A stretch of DNA of 64,000 nucleotides, taken from NCBI GenBank assembly GCA_963643205.1, contig CAVIJJ010000001.1, positions 6,651 through 70,650 of the forward strand, in the 5' to 3' direction. The notes below the pieces were generated by a model. That model did no database searches. It had not been told where the DNA came from and worked only from the letters and a program-made list of their open reading frames with translations. The position numbers and the translations under genes were made by a program. Shown piece by piece: positions 17,876 to 26,459 of this stretch; the first letter of the stretch is position 1; each line of letters opens with the position of its first letter. This stretch comes from a bacterium. Its GTDB lineage: Bacteria > Bacillota > Clostridia > Christensenellales > CAG-138.

Positions 17876-19267
17876 ATGGAGAAGAAATCAAGCAAATTTT
17901 CCGGGCAGGTAGGCTTTGTACTTGCCGCAGCCGGAAGCGCCGTAGGCGTAGGCAACCTGTGGCGGTTTCCGTATCTCGCCGCTAAGGATGGCGGCGGTTT
18001 ATTTTTGTTGGTCTATCTGGTGCTGGTGCTTACGTTCGGCTTTACTTTGCTCACATCGGATATAGCTATAGGCAGGCGCACAAAGCAAAGCGCTATCGGG
18101 GCTTACGCTCAAATGCGCTCCAAGTGGAAATTCCTCGGTATATTAACGTTCCTGGTGCCGGTTCTGATTATGACCTATTATGCGGTAATAGGCGGCTGGA
18201 TTACAAAGTATGCCGTCACCTACGCAACCGGAAACGCTGCCGCCGCCGCGGAGGATGGCTACTTTACTTCTTTTATAACATCGCCCGTGTCATCTGTGGC
18301 GTTTGCGCTGCTGTTTATGGGAGTTACCGCTGTAATCGTGTACAATGGCGTAGAAAAGGGCATAGAGCGTGTGTCCCGCTATATGATGCCGATTCTGCTT
18401 GTGCTGGTCATAATTATCGCGGCTTATTCGCTTACGCTTAAAAATGAGGATGCCTCCGGCAATGTGCGCACCGGCATTCAGGGCTTGCTTTATTATCTTA
18501 CGCCGGATTTTGAGGGGCTGACCGTAAGCCGCTTCCTGCAGATTTTGTTGGACGCGATGAGCCAGCTTTTCTTTTCACTCAGCGTATCCATGGGCATAAT
18601 GATAACATACGGTTCCTATGTTAAGGATGATGTTAATCTTAATAAGGCCGTAAATCAGATAGAGCTTTTTGATACGGGTGTTGCCGTGCTTGCTGGCGCG
18701 ATGATTATCCCCGCCGTGTATGTGTTCTCCGGCACGGAGGGCATGAGCGCGGGCCCGAACCTTATGTTTGTTTCCCTGCCCAAGGTGTTCGCGGCCATGG
18801 GCAAGGCCGGCACGTTTGTGGGCATTTTGTTCTTTGTAACCGCGATATTTGCCGCGCTTACTTCGTGCATATCCGTGCTTGAATCAATTGTCGCCAACTG
18901 TATGGAAATATTCCATACCGGCCGAAAGAAGACGGTTCTGGTTCTGTCAGTAATATACCTTGCGGCATCGGCGATAATAGCTCTCGGTTACAGTGTGTTC
19001 TATTTTGAAATTAAGCTTCCCAACGGCTCCGTAGGTCAGCTGCTTGATATTATGGATTATGCCAGCAACAATGTTATGATGCCGTTTATAGCTTTGCTAT
19101 CAACAATTCTTATCGGCTGGATAATGACTCCCGATTATGTAATTGACGAGGTGCAGCGCAACGGCGAGGCATTCCGCCGCAAAAAGCTTTACCGCATAAT
19201 GATTCGCTATGTTGCCCCGGTTATGATGTTTGTGCTTTTCCTGCAGTCCACCGGAATACTTTCATAA
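17876..19267 (+). CDS. Sodium-dependent transporter, SNF (neurotransmitter:sodium symporter) family
   Basis: GFVLAAAGSAVGVGNLWRFPY signature and about 11-12 TMs. RBS AGGAG before the ATG at 17876. Confidence 0.9.
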   Translation: MEKKSSKFSGQVGFVLAAAGSAVGVGNLWRFPYLAAKDGGGLFLLVYLVLVLTFGFTLLTSDIAIGRRTKQSAIGAYAQMRSKWKFLGILTFLVPVLIMTYYAVIGGWITKYAVTYATGNAAAAAEDGYFTSFITSPVSSVAFALLFMGVTAVIVYNGVEKGIERVSRYMMPILLVLVIIIAAYSLTLKNEDASGNVRTGIQGLLYYLTPDFEGLTVSRFLQILLDAMSQLFFSLSVSMGIMITYGSYVKDDVNLNKAVNQIELFDTGVAVLAGAMIIPAVYVFSGTEGMSAGPNLMFVSLPKVFAAMGKAGTFVGILFFVTAIFAALTSCISVLESIVANCMEIFHTGRKKTVLVLSVIYLAASAIIALGYSVFYFEIKLPNGSVGQLLDIMDYASNNVMMPFIALLSTILIGWIMTPDYVIDEVQRNGEAFRRKKLYRIMIRYVAPVMMFVLFLQSTGILS

Positions 19268-19282
19268 CAATAGAATCAATGA

Positions 19283-19314
19283 CCCGTCGCGCGTTTTGCC
19301 GGCGGGCCTTTTTG
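19283..19314 (+). terminator. Probable intrinsic terminator
   Basis: CCCGTCG/CGGCGGG stem (one G-U pair) followed by CCTTTTTG. Confidence 0.45.
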
Positions 19315-19391
19315 TTCCGCATTGACTTGCCTTGGCGCTTCACTTTATAATTAAACATATAATGAAAAAGAAGAAAGGATGAAATTTTGAT

Positions 19392-19919
19392 ATGAAGGAA
19401 ATCTCGATACAGGACTTTAGCATGAATCCATTTACCGCCTTTGGCGATGATTGGATGGCACTTACCGCCGGAAATGAGCGGGATGGATACAATGCTATGA
19501 CAATCGCCTGGGGGCATATCGGCTCAATATGGGGCCGTAAAAATCAGCGCGGATGCCTGCCTACCGCAATCTGCTATGTCCGTCCGCAAAGATACACAAA
19601 GCAGTTTATGGATAGGGAGGAGTATTTTACCATATCCCATTTTCCGGAGCGTTACCGCAAGGCACTTGGGTATATCGGCAGCAGGTCCGGCCGTGACGAG
19701 GATAAAATAGCCTCTGCCGGCCTTACTCCCGCGTTCATAGACGGCACCACTTATTTGGCCGAGGCTGATATTGTGTTTGTCTGCAAAAAGATATACACGG
19801 GAGAAATCACGGAAAACGGCTTTGTTGATAAGGAACTTGTTGACGGCAACTATCCCGAAAGGGACTTCCATACGGTGTATATGGGCGAAGTAATAAAAAT
19901 ATTGAGGAAAGAAGACTGA
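19392..19919 (+). CDS. Flavin reductase-like (FMN-binding split barrel) family protein
   Basis: 175 aa. DDWMALTAGN...YNAMTIAWG pattern typical of flavin reductase-like domain proteins. Confidence 0.55.
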   Translation: MKEISIQDFSMNPFTAFGDDWMALTAGNERDGYNAMTIAWGHIGSIWGRKNQRGCLPTAICYVRPQRYTKQFMDREEYFTISHFPERYRKALGYIGSRSGRDEDKIASAGLTPAFIDGTTYLAEADIVFVCKKIYTGEITENGFVDKELVDGNYPERDFHTVYMGEVIKILRKED

Positions 19920-19974
19920 AGCGGCAAATAAACCGCGGCCGGCAAATTGCCATTCTTGACGCGAAGGAAAGAAC

Positions 19975-20523
19975 ATGAACTGTAAAATAATCAGGAGCAA
20001 CCGCAAAACGCTCTCACTTCAGGTGAATTCCGAGGGCATTATCGTAAGGGCACCGTTTGCGGTGAACGATGCGGATATAAACGCGTTTATATTAAAACAT
20101 AAGGAATGGATAGATAAAAATCTTGAAAAGCAGTCATGCCGGCAAAAAGAGTTGGCGGCTCTTGAACCCATAACCATGCAGGATATAAAGGAGCTTGCCG
20201 ACAAAGCCAAAAAGGTAATCCCCGAAAGGGTAAGGTATTACGCCCCAAAGGTAGGCGTAACCTATGGCTCGATTACTATTCGCAATCAGCATACAAGGTG
20301 GGGCAGCTGCACGGGCAAGGGAAATTTGAACTTCAATTGCCTTCTTATGCTTGCCCCGCCGCAGGTTCTGGACAGCGTAGTGGTGCACGAGCTTTGCCAC
20401 AGGAAGGAAATGAACCATTCGGATAGGTTTTACGCGGAGGTTCTCAGGGTTTATCCGGAATACAATAAATGGAACAAATGGCTTAAAGAAAACGGCCCAA
20501 TACTTATAAGCAGAATGCAGTGA
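19975..20523 (+). CDS. YgjP-like M48/DUF45 metallopeptidase
   Basis: RWGSC...NFN motif and HELCHRKEMNHS (HExxH). Confidence 0.8.
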   Translation: MNCKIIRSNRKTLSLQVNSEGIIVRAPFAVNDADINAFILKHKEWIDKNLEKQSCRQKELAALEPITMQDIKELADKAKKVIPERVRYYAPKVGVTYGSITIRNQHTRWGSCTGKGNLNFNCLLMLAPPQVLDSVVVHELCHRKEMNHSDRFYAEVLRVYPEYNKWNKWLKENGPILISRMQ

Positions 20524-20652
20524 TCTTTTTGAGATAAATTTCTCAATAAAATATTCAAAATACTTCTTTACTTTAGTGTAGTGATGTGCTAATATACAGA
20601 AGTACCGAGGAGGTACCTGAAAGAGTATTAAATTTTATGGAGGATAAAAACC

Positions 20653-21543
20653 ATGACCACACTTAAAAAGATCCTTTGCATGGCGCTTGCCGTTGCCATG
20701 CTGGCGCTGACCTTTGGTTGCGCGAACAACGCGGCTCAAACAACGGACACTGCCGAAGCTACCGCTACCGAAGCTCCTGCCGCTACCGAAACTACCACTG
20801 AAGCTACGGCAGAGCCTGAAGAAACGACAACCACGGAAGAAACGTTCACCCTTAAGCTTGGCTTTGATGCCGAGTTCCCGCCGTACGGCTATATGGACGA
20901 AAACGGCGAATACACCGGTTTTGATATAGACATGGCCAAAGAACTTTGCTCCAGGCTTGGCTGGGAGCTTGAGCTTATCCCCATTAACTGGGATTCCAAG
21001 GACTTTGAGCTTGAAAGCGGCACCATAGACTGCATCTGGAACGGCTTTACCATGAACGGCCGTGAGGAGCTTTACACCTGGTCCGAGTCTTATATGGACA
21101 ATTCTCAGATATTTGTTGTAAGGACCGATTCCGGTATCACCGATAAGGCGGGCCTTGCGGGCAAGACCGTTGCCGTTCAGAAGGAGAGCAGCGCTCTTGA
21201 AGCTCTTGAAAGCGAAGACAATACCGAGCTTATGGCATCGTTCAAGCAGCTTGTTCAGCTTCAGGATTACAACACCGCGTTTATGGAGCTTGAAAGCGGT
21301 GCCGTGGATGCCATAGCGATGGATATAGGCGTTGCCAAGTATCAGATAGAGGGCAAGGAAGACGAATACATGATTCTTGATGATGCCATCCAGTCCGAGC
21401 AGTACGCCATCGGCTTCTATCTCGGAAACACCGAGCTTAGGGATAAGGTACAGGCTGAGCTGAGCAGCATGGCGGCGGACGGTACGTTTGCCAAGATTAG
21501 TGAAGAATGGTTCGGCTATGATGTCTGCACGCTGAGCAAATGA
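20653..21543 (+). CDS. Amino-acid ABC transporter substrate-binding lipoprotein
   Basis: Lipobox LTFGC, a T/E/A-rich linker, then a family-3 SBP body (GFDAEFPPYGY, GFDIDMAKEL). Confidence 0.85.
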   Translation: MTTLKKILCMALAVAMLALTFGCANNAAQTTDTAEATATEAPAATETTTEATAEPEETTTTEETFTLKLGFDAEFPPYGYMDENGEYTGFDIDMAKELCSRLGWELELIPINWDSKDFELESGTIDCIWNGFTMNGREELYTWSESYMDNSQIFVVRTDSGITDKAGLAGKTVAVQKESSALEALESEDNTELMASFKQLVQLQDYNTAFMELESGAVDAIAMDIGVAKYQIEGKEDEYMILDDAIQSEQYAIGFYLGNTELRDKVQAELSSMAADGTFAKISEEWFGYDVCTLSK

Positions 21544-22190
21544 ACATACAAAGCATGATAGCCCAACTTGGGCAGGGAATGCTGACGAGCGTGATTATAT
21601 ACGCGCTTACGCTTATTGGGGCGGTGCCGCTTGCGCTGCCCCTTGCGCTCGCTCGCGGCGGAAAAAACAAAATAGTCAAGCTCGTAGCCGGCGCGTATAC
21701 TTCCTTTATGCGCGGCACTCCGCTTATGCTTCAGCTTATCGCCGTATACTTTGGGCCTTGGTATCTTTTTAAGATAAGGATAAGCGACGGGTATAGGTTT
21801 TATGCTGTAATTATAGCATTTGTGCTTAATTACGCCGCCTATTTCGCGGAGATATACCGCGCGGGAATCGCCGCTGTTCCAAATGGCCAAAGAGAGGCCG
21901 CGTCCGTGCTTGGTTATACCAATACGCAAACGTTCTTTCGCATTGTTCTGCCCCAGGTGATTAAGCACATTCTGCCCCCTATGACGAATGAGTTTATAAC
22001 CCTGATAAAGGATACGTCTCTTGCGTTCTCAATCGGCGTAATGGAAATGTTCACGCTCGCTAAGCAGATTTCAAGCGCGGATCGCAGCATGGTGCCCCTT
22101 TTGGCCGCGGCGGCTTTCTACTATATCTTTAATGTTATAGTTGCCTTCGTTATGGGCAGGGTAGAGAAAAAGCTGGATTACTACAGGTGA
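21540..22190 (+). CDS. Amino-acid ABC transporter permease
   Basis: HisM/Q-type permease with an EAA-like loop (REAASVLGYTNTQTFFRIVLPQ). ATGA overlap with the SBP gene. Confidence 0.85.
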   Translation: MNIQSMIAQLGQGMLTSVIIYALTLIGAVPLALPLALARGGKNKIVKLVAGAYTSFMRGTPLMLQLIAVYFGPWYLFKIRISDGYRFYAVIIAFVLNYAAYFAEIYRAGIAAVPNGQREAASVLGYTNTQTFFRIVLPQVIKHILPPMTNEFITLIKDTSLAFSIGVMEMFTLAKQISSADRSMVPLLAAAAFYYIFNVIVAFVMGRVEKKLDYYR

Positions 22191-22194
22191 TACG

Positions 22195-22941
22195 ATGGGA
22201 ATACTTAATTTAGAAAACATAACAAAAAGCTTCGATGGGCGCAAGGTACTCGATTCCGTATCACTTAGCGTTGAACGCGGCGAAACAATCGCCCTCATAG
22301 GTCCTTCCGGCGAAGGTAAATCCACATTGCTTCGCCTGTGCGCGTTTTTGGAGCGCGCCGATGAGGGCTCAATAGAATATGACGGCATCTTTGCCTGCAA
22401 AAACGGTCGTTATGCGTCTAAGGCGGAGCTTGCGGCTTGCAGGTCAAGGCTCGGCATGGTGTTCCAAAGCTTTGAGCTTTTTCCGCACAGAAGCGTTATT
22501 CAGAATATATGCGATGCTCCGGTGATCGTTCAGCATAGGGATAGAAAAGAGGCCGAGGAAGAAGGCAGTGCCTTACTAAAAAGGGTTGGTCTTGCAGGCA
22601 GGGAGGATTCCATGCCGTATCAGCTCAGCGGCGGCGAAAAGCAGCGCGTAAGCATAGCGCGCGCTCTTTGCATGCATCCGGAAATACTCTTTTTTGATGA
22701 ACCCACAAGCGCGCTTGATCCTCAAAGCACGCAGGACGTGCTTAATATAATCCGTTCGCTTAAAAACGACGGCATAAGCATGATGATAGTCACGCACGAG
22801 ATGGCTTTCGCCAAAAACGCGGCCGATCGCATAGCGTTTTTGCATGGCGGCAAAATAGCGGCCATAGGCACAAGCGAGTATATATTCGGCGGCAACGGTC
22901 CGGCGGAGCTTGAAAAATTCTTGACGGGCAGCAAAGCCTGA
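22195..22941 (+). CDS. Amino-acid ABC transporter ATP-binding protein
   Basis: Walker A GPSGEGKST, signature LSGGEKQR, Walker B ILFFDEPTSALD. Confidence 0.9.
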   Translation: MGILNLENITKSFDGRKVLDSVSLSVERGETIALIGPSGEGKSTLLRLCAFLERADEGSIEYDGIFACKNGRYASKAELAACRSRLGMVFQSFELFPHRSVIQNICDAPVIVQHRDRKEAEEEGSALLKRVGLAGREDSMPYQLSGGEKQRVSIARALCMHPEILFFDEPTSALDPQSTQDVLNIIRSLKNDGISMMIVTHEMAFAKNAADRIAFLHGGKIAAIGTSEYIFGGNGPAELEKFLTGSKA

Positions 22942-22990
22942 TATATATTGTTCTTATAGTATAAGCGGCAAATCGCCAAAGGAGCGGGAA

Positions 22991-23287
22991 ATGTACGAAA
23001 GTAAGCTGAAAAGCCCGGAAATGGATTCCTTATTCGGCGCAATACTTCATCTTGAAAATGAGGAAGAATGCTATCGTTTCTTTGAGGATCTTTGTACAAT
23101 AAACGAGCTTCAGGCTATGGCCCAGCGCTACGCTGTGGCGCACATGCTTGAAAATAAGGAAACCTACAGCGAGGTTGCCGAGAAAACCGGCGCTTCAAGC
23201 GCAACGATATCGCGCGTTAATCGCAGCCTGATGTACGGCGCCAAAGGATACAGGCTGGCGTTCGATCGCGAAAAACAGGGGAAATAA
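22991..23287 (+). CDS. YerC/YecD TrpR-like protein
   Basis: 98 aa. ...TINELQAMAQRY...TYSEVAEKTGASSATISRVNRSL... is typical of the family. Confidence 0.8.
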   Translation: MYESKLKSPEMDSLFGAILHLENEEECYRFFEDLCTINELQAMAQRYAVAHMLENKETYSEVAEKTGASSATISRVNRSLMYGAKGYRLAFDREKQGK

Positions 23288-23305
23288 TCTTTTTAAGGTC
23301 TTGGT

Positions 23306-23332
23306 GAGAGGGCGTAAGCACCTCTCTTTTTT
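23306..23332 (+). terminator. Intrinsic terminator
   Basis: GAGAGG-loop-CCTCTC followed by TTTTTT. Confidence 0.7.
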
Positions 23333-23358
23333 GTTGCCCAAAGTTAGGATATACTTAC

Positions 23359-23378
23359 ATATAAACATATGTTTATAT
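23359..23378. promoter_or_regulatory. Candidate ArsR/SmtB operator site 1 (perfect 20-bp palindrome)
   Basis: ATATAAACAT|ATGTTTATAT, upstream of the -35. Confidence 0.5.
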
Positions 23379-23394
23379 ATTTTTATAAAACCTA

Positions 23395-23423
23395 TTGACA
23401 TATTGCCATAGTATCATTATCAT
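23395..23423 (+). promoter_or_regulatory. Sigma-A-type promoter of the metal-resistance operon
   Basis: TTGACA (23395-23400), 17-bp spacer, TATCAT (23418-23423). Confidence 0.5.
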
Positions 23424-23441
23424 ATAAACATACTTTTATAT
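23422..23441. promoter_or_regulatory. Candidate ArsR/SmtB operator site 2
   Basis: ATATAAACATACTTTTATAT matches site 1 at 18 of 20 positions and overlaps the -10 and predicted transcription start. Confidence 0.45.
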
Positions 23442-23482
23442 ATGACCAATTTGGTGGGATATAAAAACGAAAGGAGATTGCA

Positions 23483-23863
23483 ATGGACAGCGAAACCAGA
23501 ACTCTCGTTTGTACTACGGAGCATGTCGACCCGGTGCACGAGGCTGAAATACTCAGTAAGATTCCCGATGAGGATACCGCCTTGGATGCGTCGGAGCTGT
23601 TTACTCAGCTTTCAAGCTCCACGCGCATAAGGCTTCTTTGCATTCTGGCGATAGAAGAAATGTGTGTATGTGAGTTGGCGGATATGCTTAAAATGAGCCA
23701 GCCTTCAATTTCGCATCACCTAAGGCTTTTAAGGCAAAGCGGTGTTGTGAAATATAAAAAGAGCGGCAAGCGTGTCATATATTATATAACCGATACTCAG
23801 GCGGGTACACTTGCCCGCTCAATAGTAAAAGATTTAATGCAGGAGGGCAGAAAGGATGAGTAA
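23483..23863 (+). CDS. ArsR/SmtB-family metal-sensing repressor (CadC-like alpha3N cysteines)
   Basis: Winged HTH ...MCVCELADMLKMSQPSISHHLRLLRQSGVV... with a CVC motif plus an N-terminal Cys. Confidence 0.9.
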   Translation: MDSETRTLVCTTEHVDPVHEAEILSKIPDEDTALDASELFTQLSSSTRIRLLCILAIEEMCVCELADMLKMSQPSISHHLRLLRQSGVVKYKKSGKRVIYYITDTQAGTLARSIVKDLMQEGRKDE

Positions 23864-25931
23864 GAACGTAGAACAAGAGCTCGAGCACGAGCATGAGCAC
23901 GAGCAAGATTGCTGCTGCTGCGCTCATGAGCATCATCATGAGCATGAGCATGAGCACGAGCACGAGCATGAGCATCACCACGATCACAATTGCTGTTGCG
24001 ATCACGATCATGAACATCATCACGACCATGACCACGACTGCTGCCATGACCATAGCTGTGGCTGCGGGTGCGGTTGCGGGCATGACCACGCGCATAGCGC
24101 GGACGATATAAAAAAAGATATTATTCTGATAGCCGTAAGTGCCGTTCTTACGATTGTGGGCCTGGTGTTCCTCAACGGCATAGCCAAAACAATAGTGCTT
24201 CTCGCGGCGTATGTAATAGTCGGCGGGGAAATACTTTGGAACGCGATCAAGGGCCTGCTTCACGGCAACCTTGTTGATGAAAACCTGCTCATGAGCGTTG
24301 CGACCGTCGGCGCCATAGCGCTTGGCGAATACGGCGAAGGCGTAATGGTTATGCTGCTTTATAGGGTTGGCGAGCTGCTCCAGGGCATAGCCGTAGGCCG
24401 TTCGCAAAGGTCTATCAAAGAGGTGCTTGACCTCAGACCCGATACCGTAAGGCTTGAAGAAAACGGAAGCTTTGTTGTAAAGCATGCCGACGAGGCAAAG
24501 CCGGGGGACAGGTACGAAATACTTCCGGGCGACAGAATACCTCTTGACGGCACCGTTTGCGAAGGCGAAAGCTTTGTCGATCTTTCCGCCATAACCGGCG
24601 AATCGGTTCCCGTGCATGTAGCGGCGGGGGACGAGCTTGTTTCGGGCGGCATCAATAAGTCCGGCAGAATCGTTGCCGTGGCTACCCGCGAAGCCGGCGA
24701 GTCAACCGCCAGCAGGATAATACACGCCGTTGAGGAAGCAACCGAAACCAAACCCCGCATGGAGAATTTCATAACCCGCTTCGCGCGTGTGTATACTCCA
24801 TCGGTTATGGTGCTTACTCTTCTTGTTGCAGTAATTCCTCCCCTTGCGGGTCTTGGTGAGTGGCGCGAATGGATACATCGCGGCTTGCTGCTGCTTGTAA
24901 TATCCTGCCCGTGCGCGCTTGTTCTCAGCGTTCCGCTTACGTTCTTTGCGGGCCTTGCCAGGCAGTCATCAAACGGCGTTATGCTTAAAGCGGCCAACAT
25001 TATGGAAACGCTGTGCGCCGTAAAGGCCGTCGCACTTGATAAAACCGGCACTATAACCCGCGGCAGTTTCGTCGTTACCAAAAAGGAATGCGAAGACGGC
25101 GTTGAAGAAAGCGAGCTTATCGAGCTTGCGGCGGCGCTTGAATCAAAGAGTACCCACCCCATAGCCCATGCCATAGTGTCCGCGGCGAACGGCACCTATT
25201 CGGCGGATAATATGGAGGAGGTCGCGGGCTGCGGCGTAAAGGGCACCGTAAACGGTAAAGCGGTGCTTGCCGGAAACAGCAAGCTTATGAAAAAGGAGAA
25301 CATAGCCTATCGCGAGCATGCCGAGCGCGGCACAACCGTATATGTCGCGGCGGACGGGAAGTACATGGGCTGCATAGTGATAGACGATACCATAAAGCCG
25401 CAGAGCGCGGAGGCTGTTGCCATGATGAAAAAGCGCGGTCTCGATGTGGAACTTCTCACGGGAGACAATAAGGCCAGTGCCGATTCCGTGGCAAAGGAAG
25501 TTGGCATAACAAATGTGCACGCCTCGCTTATGCCGGGTGAAAAGCTTGAGGTGCTTAAAAAGATTCGTGCCGAGCATGGCCCTGTCGCGTTTGTGGGCGA
25601 CGGCATAAACGATTCCGTAGTGCTTTCCGGTGCCGATGTAGGCTGTGCCATGGGTGATGGCGGAACCGATGCCGCTGTTGAGGCCGCCGATATGGTAATA
25701 ATGGGCGATGAGCTTACCGCTCTGCCGAAGGCCGTGGATGTATCGAAGCGCACTATGCTTATCGCCAGGGAAAATGTAGTATTCGCGCTTGGCATAAAGC
25801 TTGTCGTTATGATCCTCGGAATAACCGGTCATGCCGAAATGTGGATGGCGGTATTTGCCGATGTTGGCGCGGCGCTTATATGCGTGCTTAACGCGGTAAG
25901 GCTGCTGCCCGCCAAGAAGGCCGGCAAATAA
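23856..25931 (+). CDS. Heavy-metal P1B-type ATPase, Zn/Cd/Pb-type signature, with His/Cys-rich N-terminus
   Basis: CPC in TM6, DKTGT, GDGINDS, N-x7-K in TM7 (NVVFALGIK) and D-x-G in TM8 (ADVGAAL). 8-nt overlap with the repressor gene (ATGAGTAA). Confidence 0.95.
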   Translation: MSKNVEQELEHEHEHEQDCCCCAHEHHHEHEHEHEHEHEHHHDHNCCCDHDHEHHHDHDHDCCHDHSCGCGCGCGHDHAHSADDIKKDIILIAVSAVLTIVGLVFLNGIAKTIVLLAAYVIVGGEILWNAIKGLLHGNLVDENLLMSVATVGAIALGEYGEGVMVMLLYRVGELLQGIAVGRSQRSIKEVLDLRPDTVRLEENGSFVVKHADEAKPGDRYEILPGDRIPLDGTVCEGESFVDLSAITGESVPVHVAAGDELVSGGINKSGRIVAVATREAGESTASRIIHAVEEATETKPRMENFITRFARVYTPSVMVLTLLVAVIPPLAGLGEWREWIHRGLLLLVISCPCALVLSVPLTFFAGLARQSSNGVMLKAANIMETLCAVKAVALDKTGTITRGSFVVTKKECEDGVEESELIELAAALESKSTHPIAHAIVSAANGTYSADNMEEVAGCGVKGTVNGKAVLAGNSKLMKKENIAYREHAERGTTVYVAADGKYMGCIVIDDTIKPQSAEAVAMMKKRGLDVELLTGDNKASADSVAKEVGITNVHASLMPGEKLEVLKKIRAEHGPVAFVGDGINDSVVLSGADVGCAMGDGGTDAAVEAADMVIMGDELTALPKAVDVSKRTMLIARENVVFALGIKLVVMILGITGHAEMWMAVFADVGAALICVLNAVRLLPAKKAGK
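23883..24095 (+). repeat. In-frame GAR-CAY / GAY-CAY hexanucleotide repeat tract encoding (HE)n/(HD)n with Cys runs
   Basis: Visible reiteration of gagcac/gagcat/gaccat/gatcac units interspersed with tgc/tgt runs. Confidence 0.8.
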
Positions 25932-26000
25932 TCACAGGAGCAAAAAAGCGTAAACTGTGGTAAAATAAAAAAGAATATTGATTAACGGAGGTACCGCGTA

Positions 26001-26459
26001 ATGGAAACGGCTTATGAAATGACAGCTTCCTTAGCGCGGTATCTTTTTATCGTAATAATCCTGTTCATAATCGCTGCATCCGTCGCGCTAAGCGTAAAAG
26101 AGGGGCGAATGATGCGCCGGGCAAGGCGAATCGCCCGAGCCAACATACGCTGCATCAAATTGACAGAGCCGCAGGAATTGTACGGCAGGCGCCTTTATAT
26201 AAACGGCGAATGCACAATCGGCAGTGGTGAAAATGATGATTTAACAATACCCGGCTGCGGGCTTTTGCGTGCTCACGCAAGAATATTCGACCAAGCGGGC
26301 ACTGTTTGTATCAAGGTAAAGCGAAAAAGATTCTTTTCAATAAATGGTTTAGCGCAAAGCAGCCGTACCGTTGCGCTTGAACCGGGTGACACCGTACGTA
26401 TAGTTGACATTGAATTTGTTTGCTTAGGCCCGGCTGCGGAGGAGGACGGCAATGCTTAA
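26001..26459 (+). CDS. Membrane-anchored FHA-domain protein
   Basis: N-terminal TM (YLFIVIILFIIAASVAL), then an FHA-like core (ECTIGSGENDDLTI...AHARIF...NG...L.PGD.V). Confidence 0.8.
   Translation: METAYEMTASLARYLFIVIILFIIAASVALSVKEGRMMRRARRIARANIRCIKLTEPQELYGRRLYINGECTIGSGENDDLTIPGCGLLRAHARIFDQAGTVCIKVKRKRFFSINGLAQSSRTVALEPGDTVRIVDIEFVCLGPAAEEDGNA

Noticed and set aside
20714-20929. 71-aa alternative-frame ORF with a KLPLPKL repeat inside the ABC substrate-binding protein gene.
   Set aside because: It is produced by the repetitive ACN-GAA-GCN linker (T/E/A-rich) of the real lipoprotein frame. No independent signals support it.
23883-24095. A repetitive tract that could look like a short-repeat array at first glance.
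   Set aside because: The units are 6 nt, contiguous, in frame and inside a CDS. There are no spacers and no cas genes, so it is not a CRISPR array.
23775-24617. 280-aa minus-strand ORF with a striking hydrophobic M/V/L/I repeat (MVMAAVVVMVVMMFMIVIATAIVIVVMLMLVLVLMLML...).
   Set aside because: It is the reverse-complement reading of the His/Asp/Glu repeat tract of the ATPase (GTG/ATG are the complements of CAC/CAT). It is an artefact of the sense-strand repeat.
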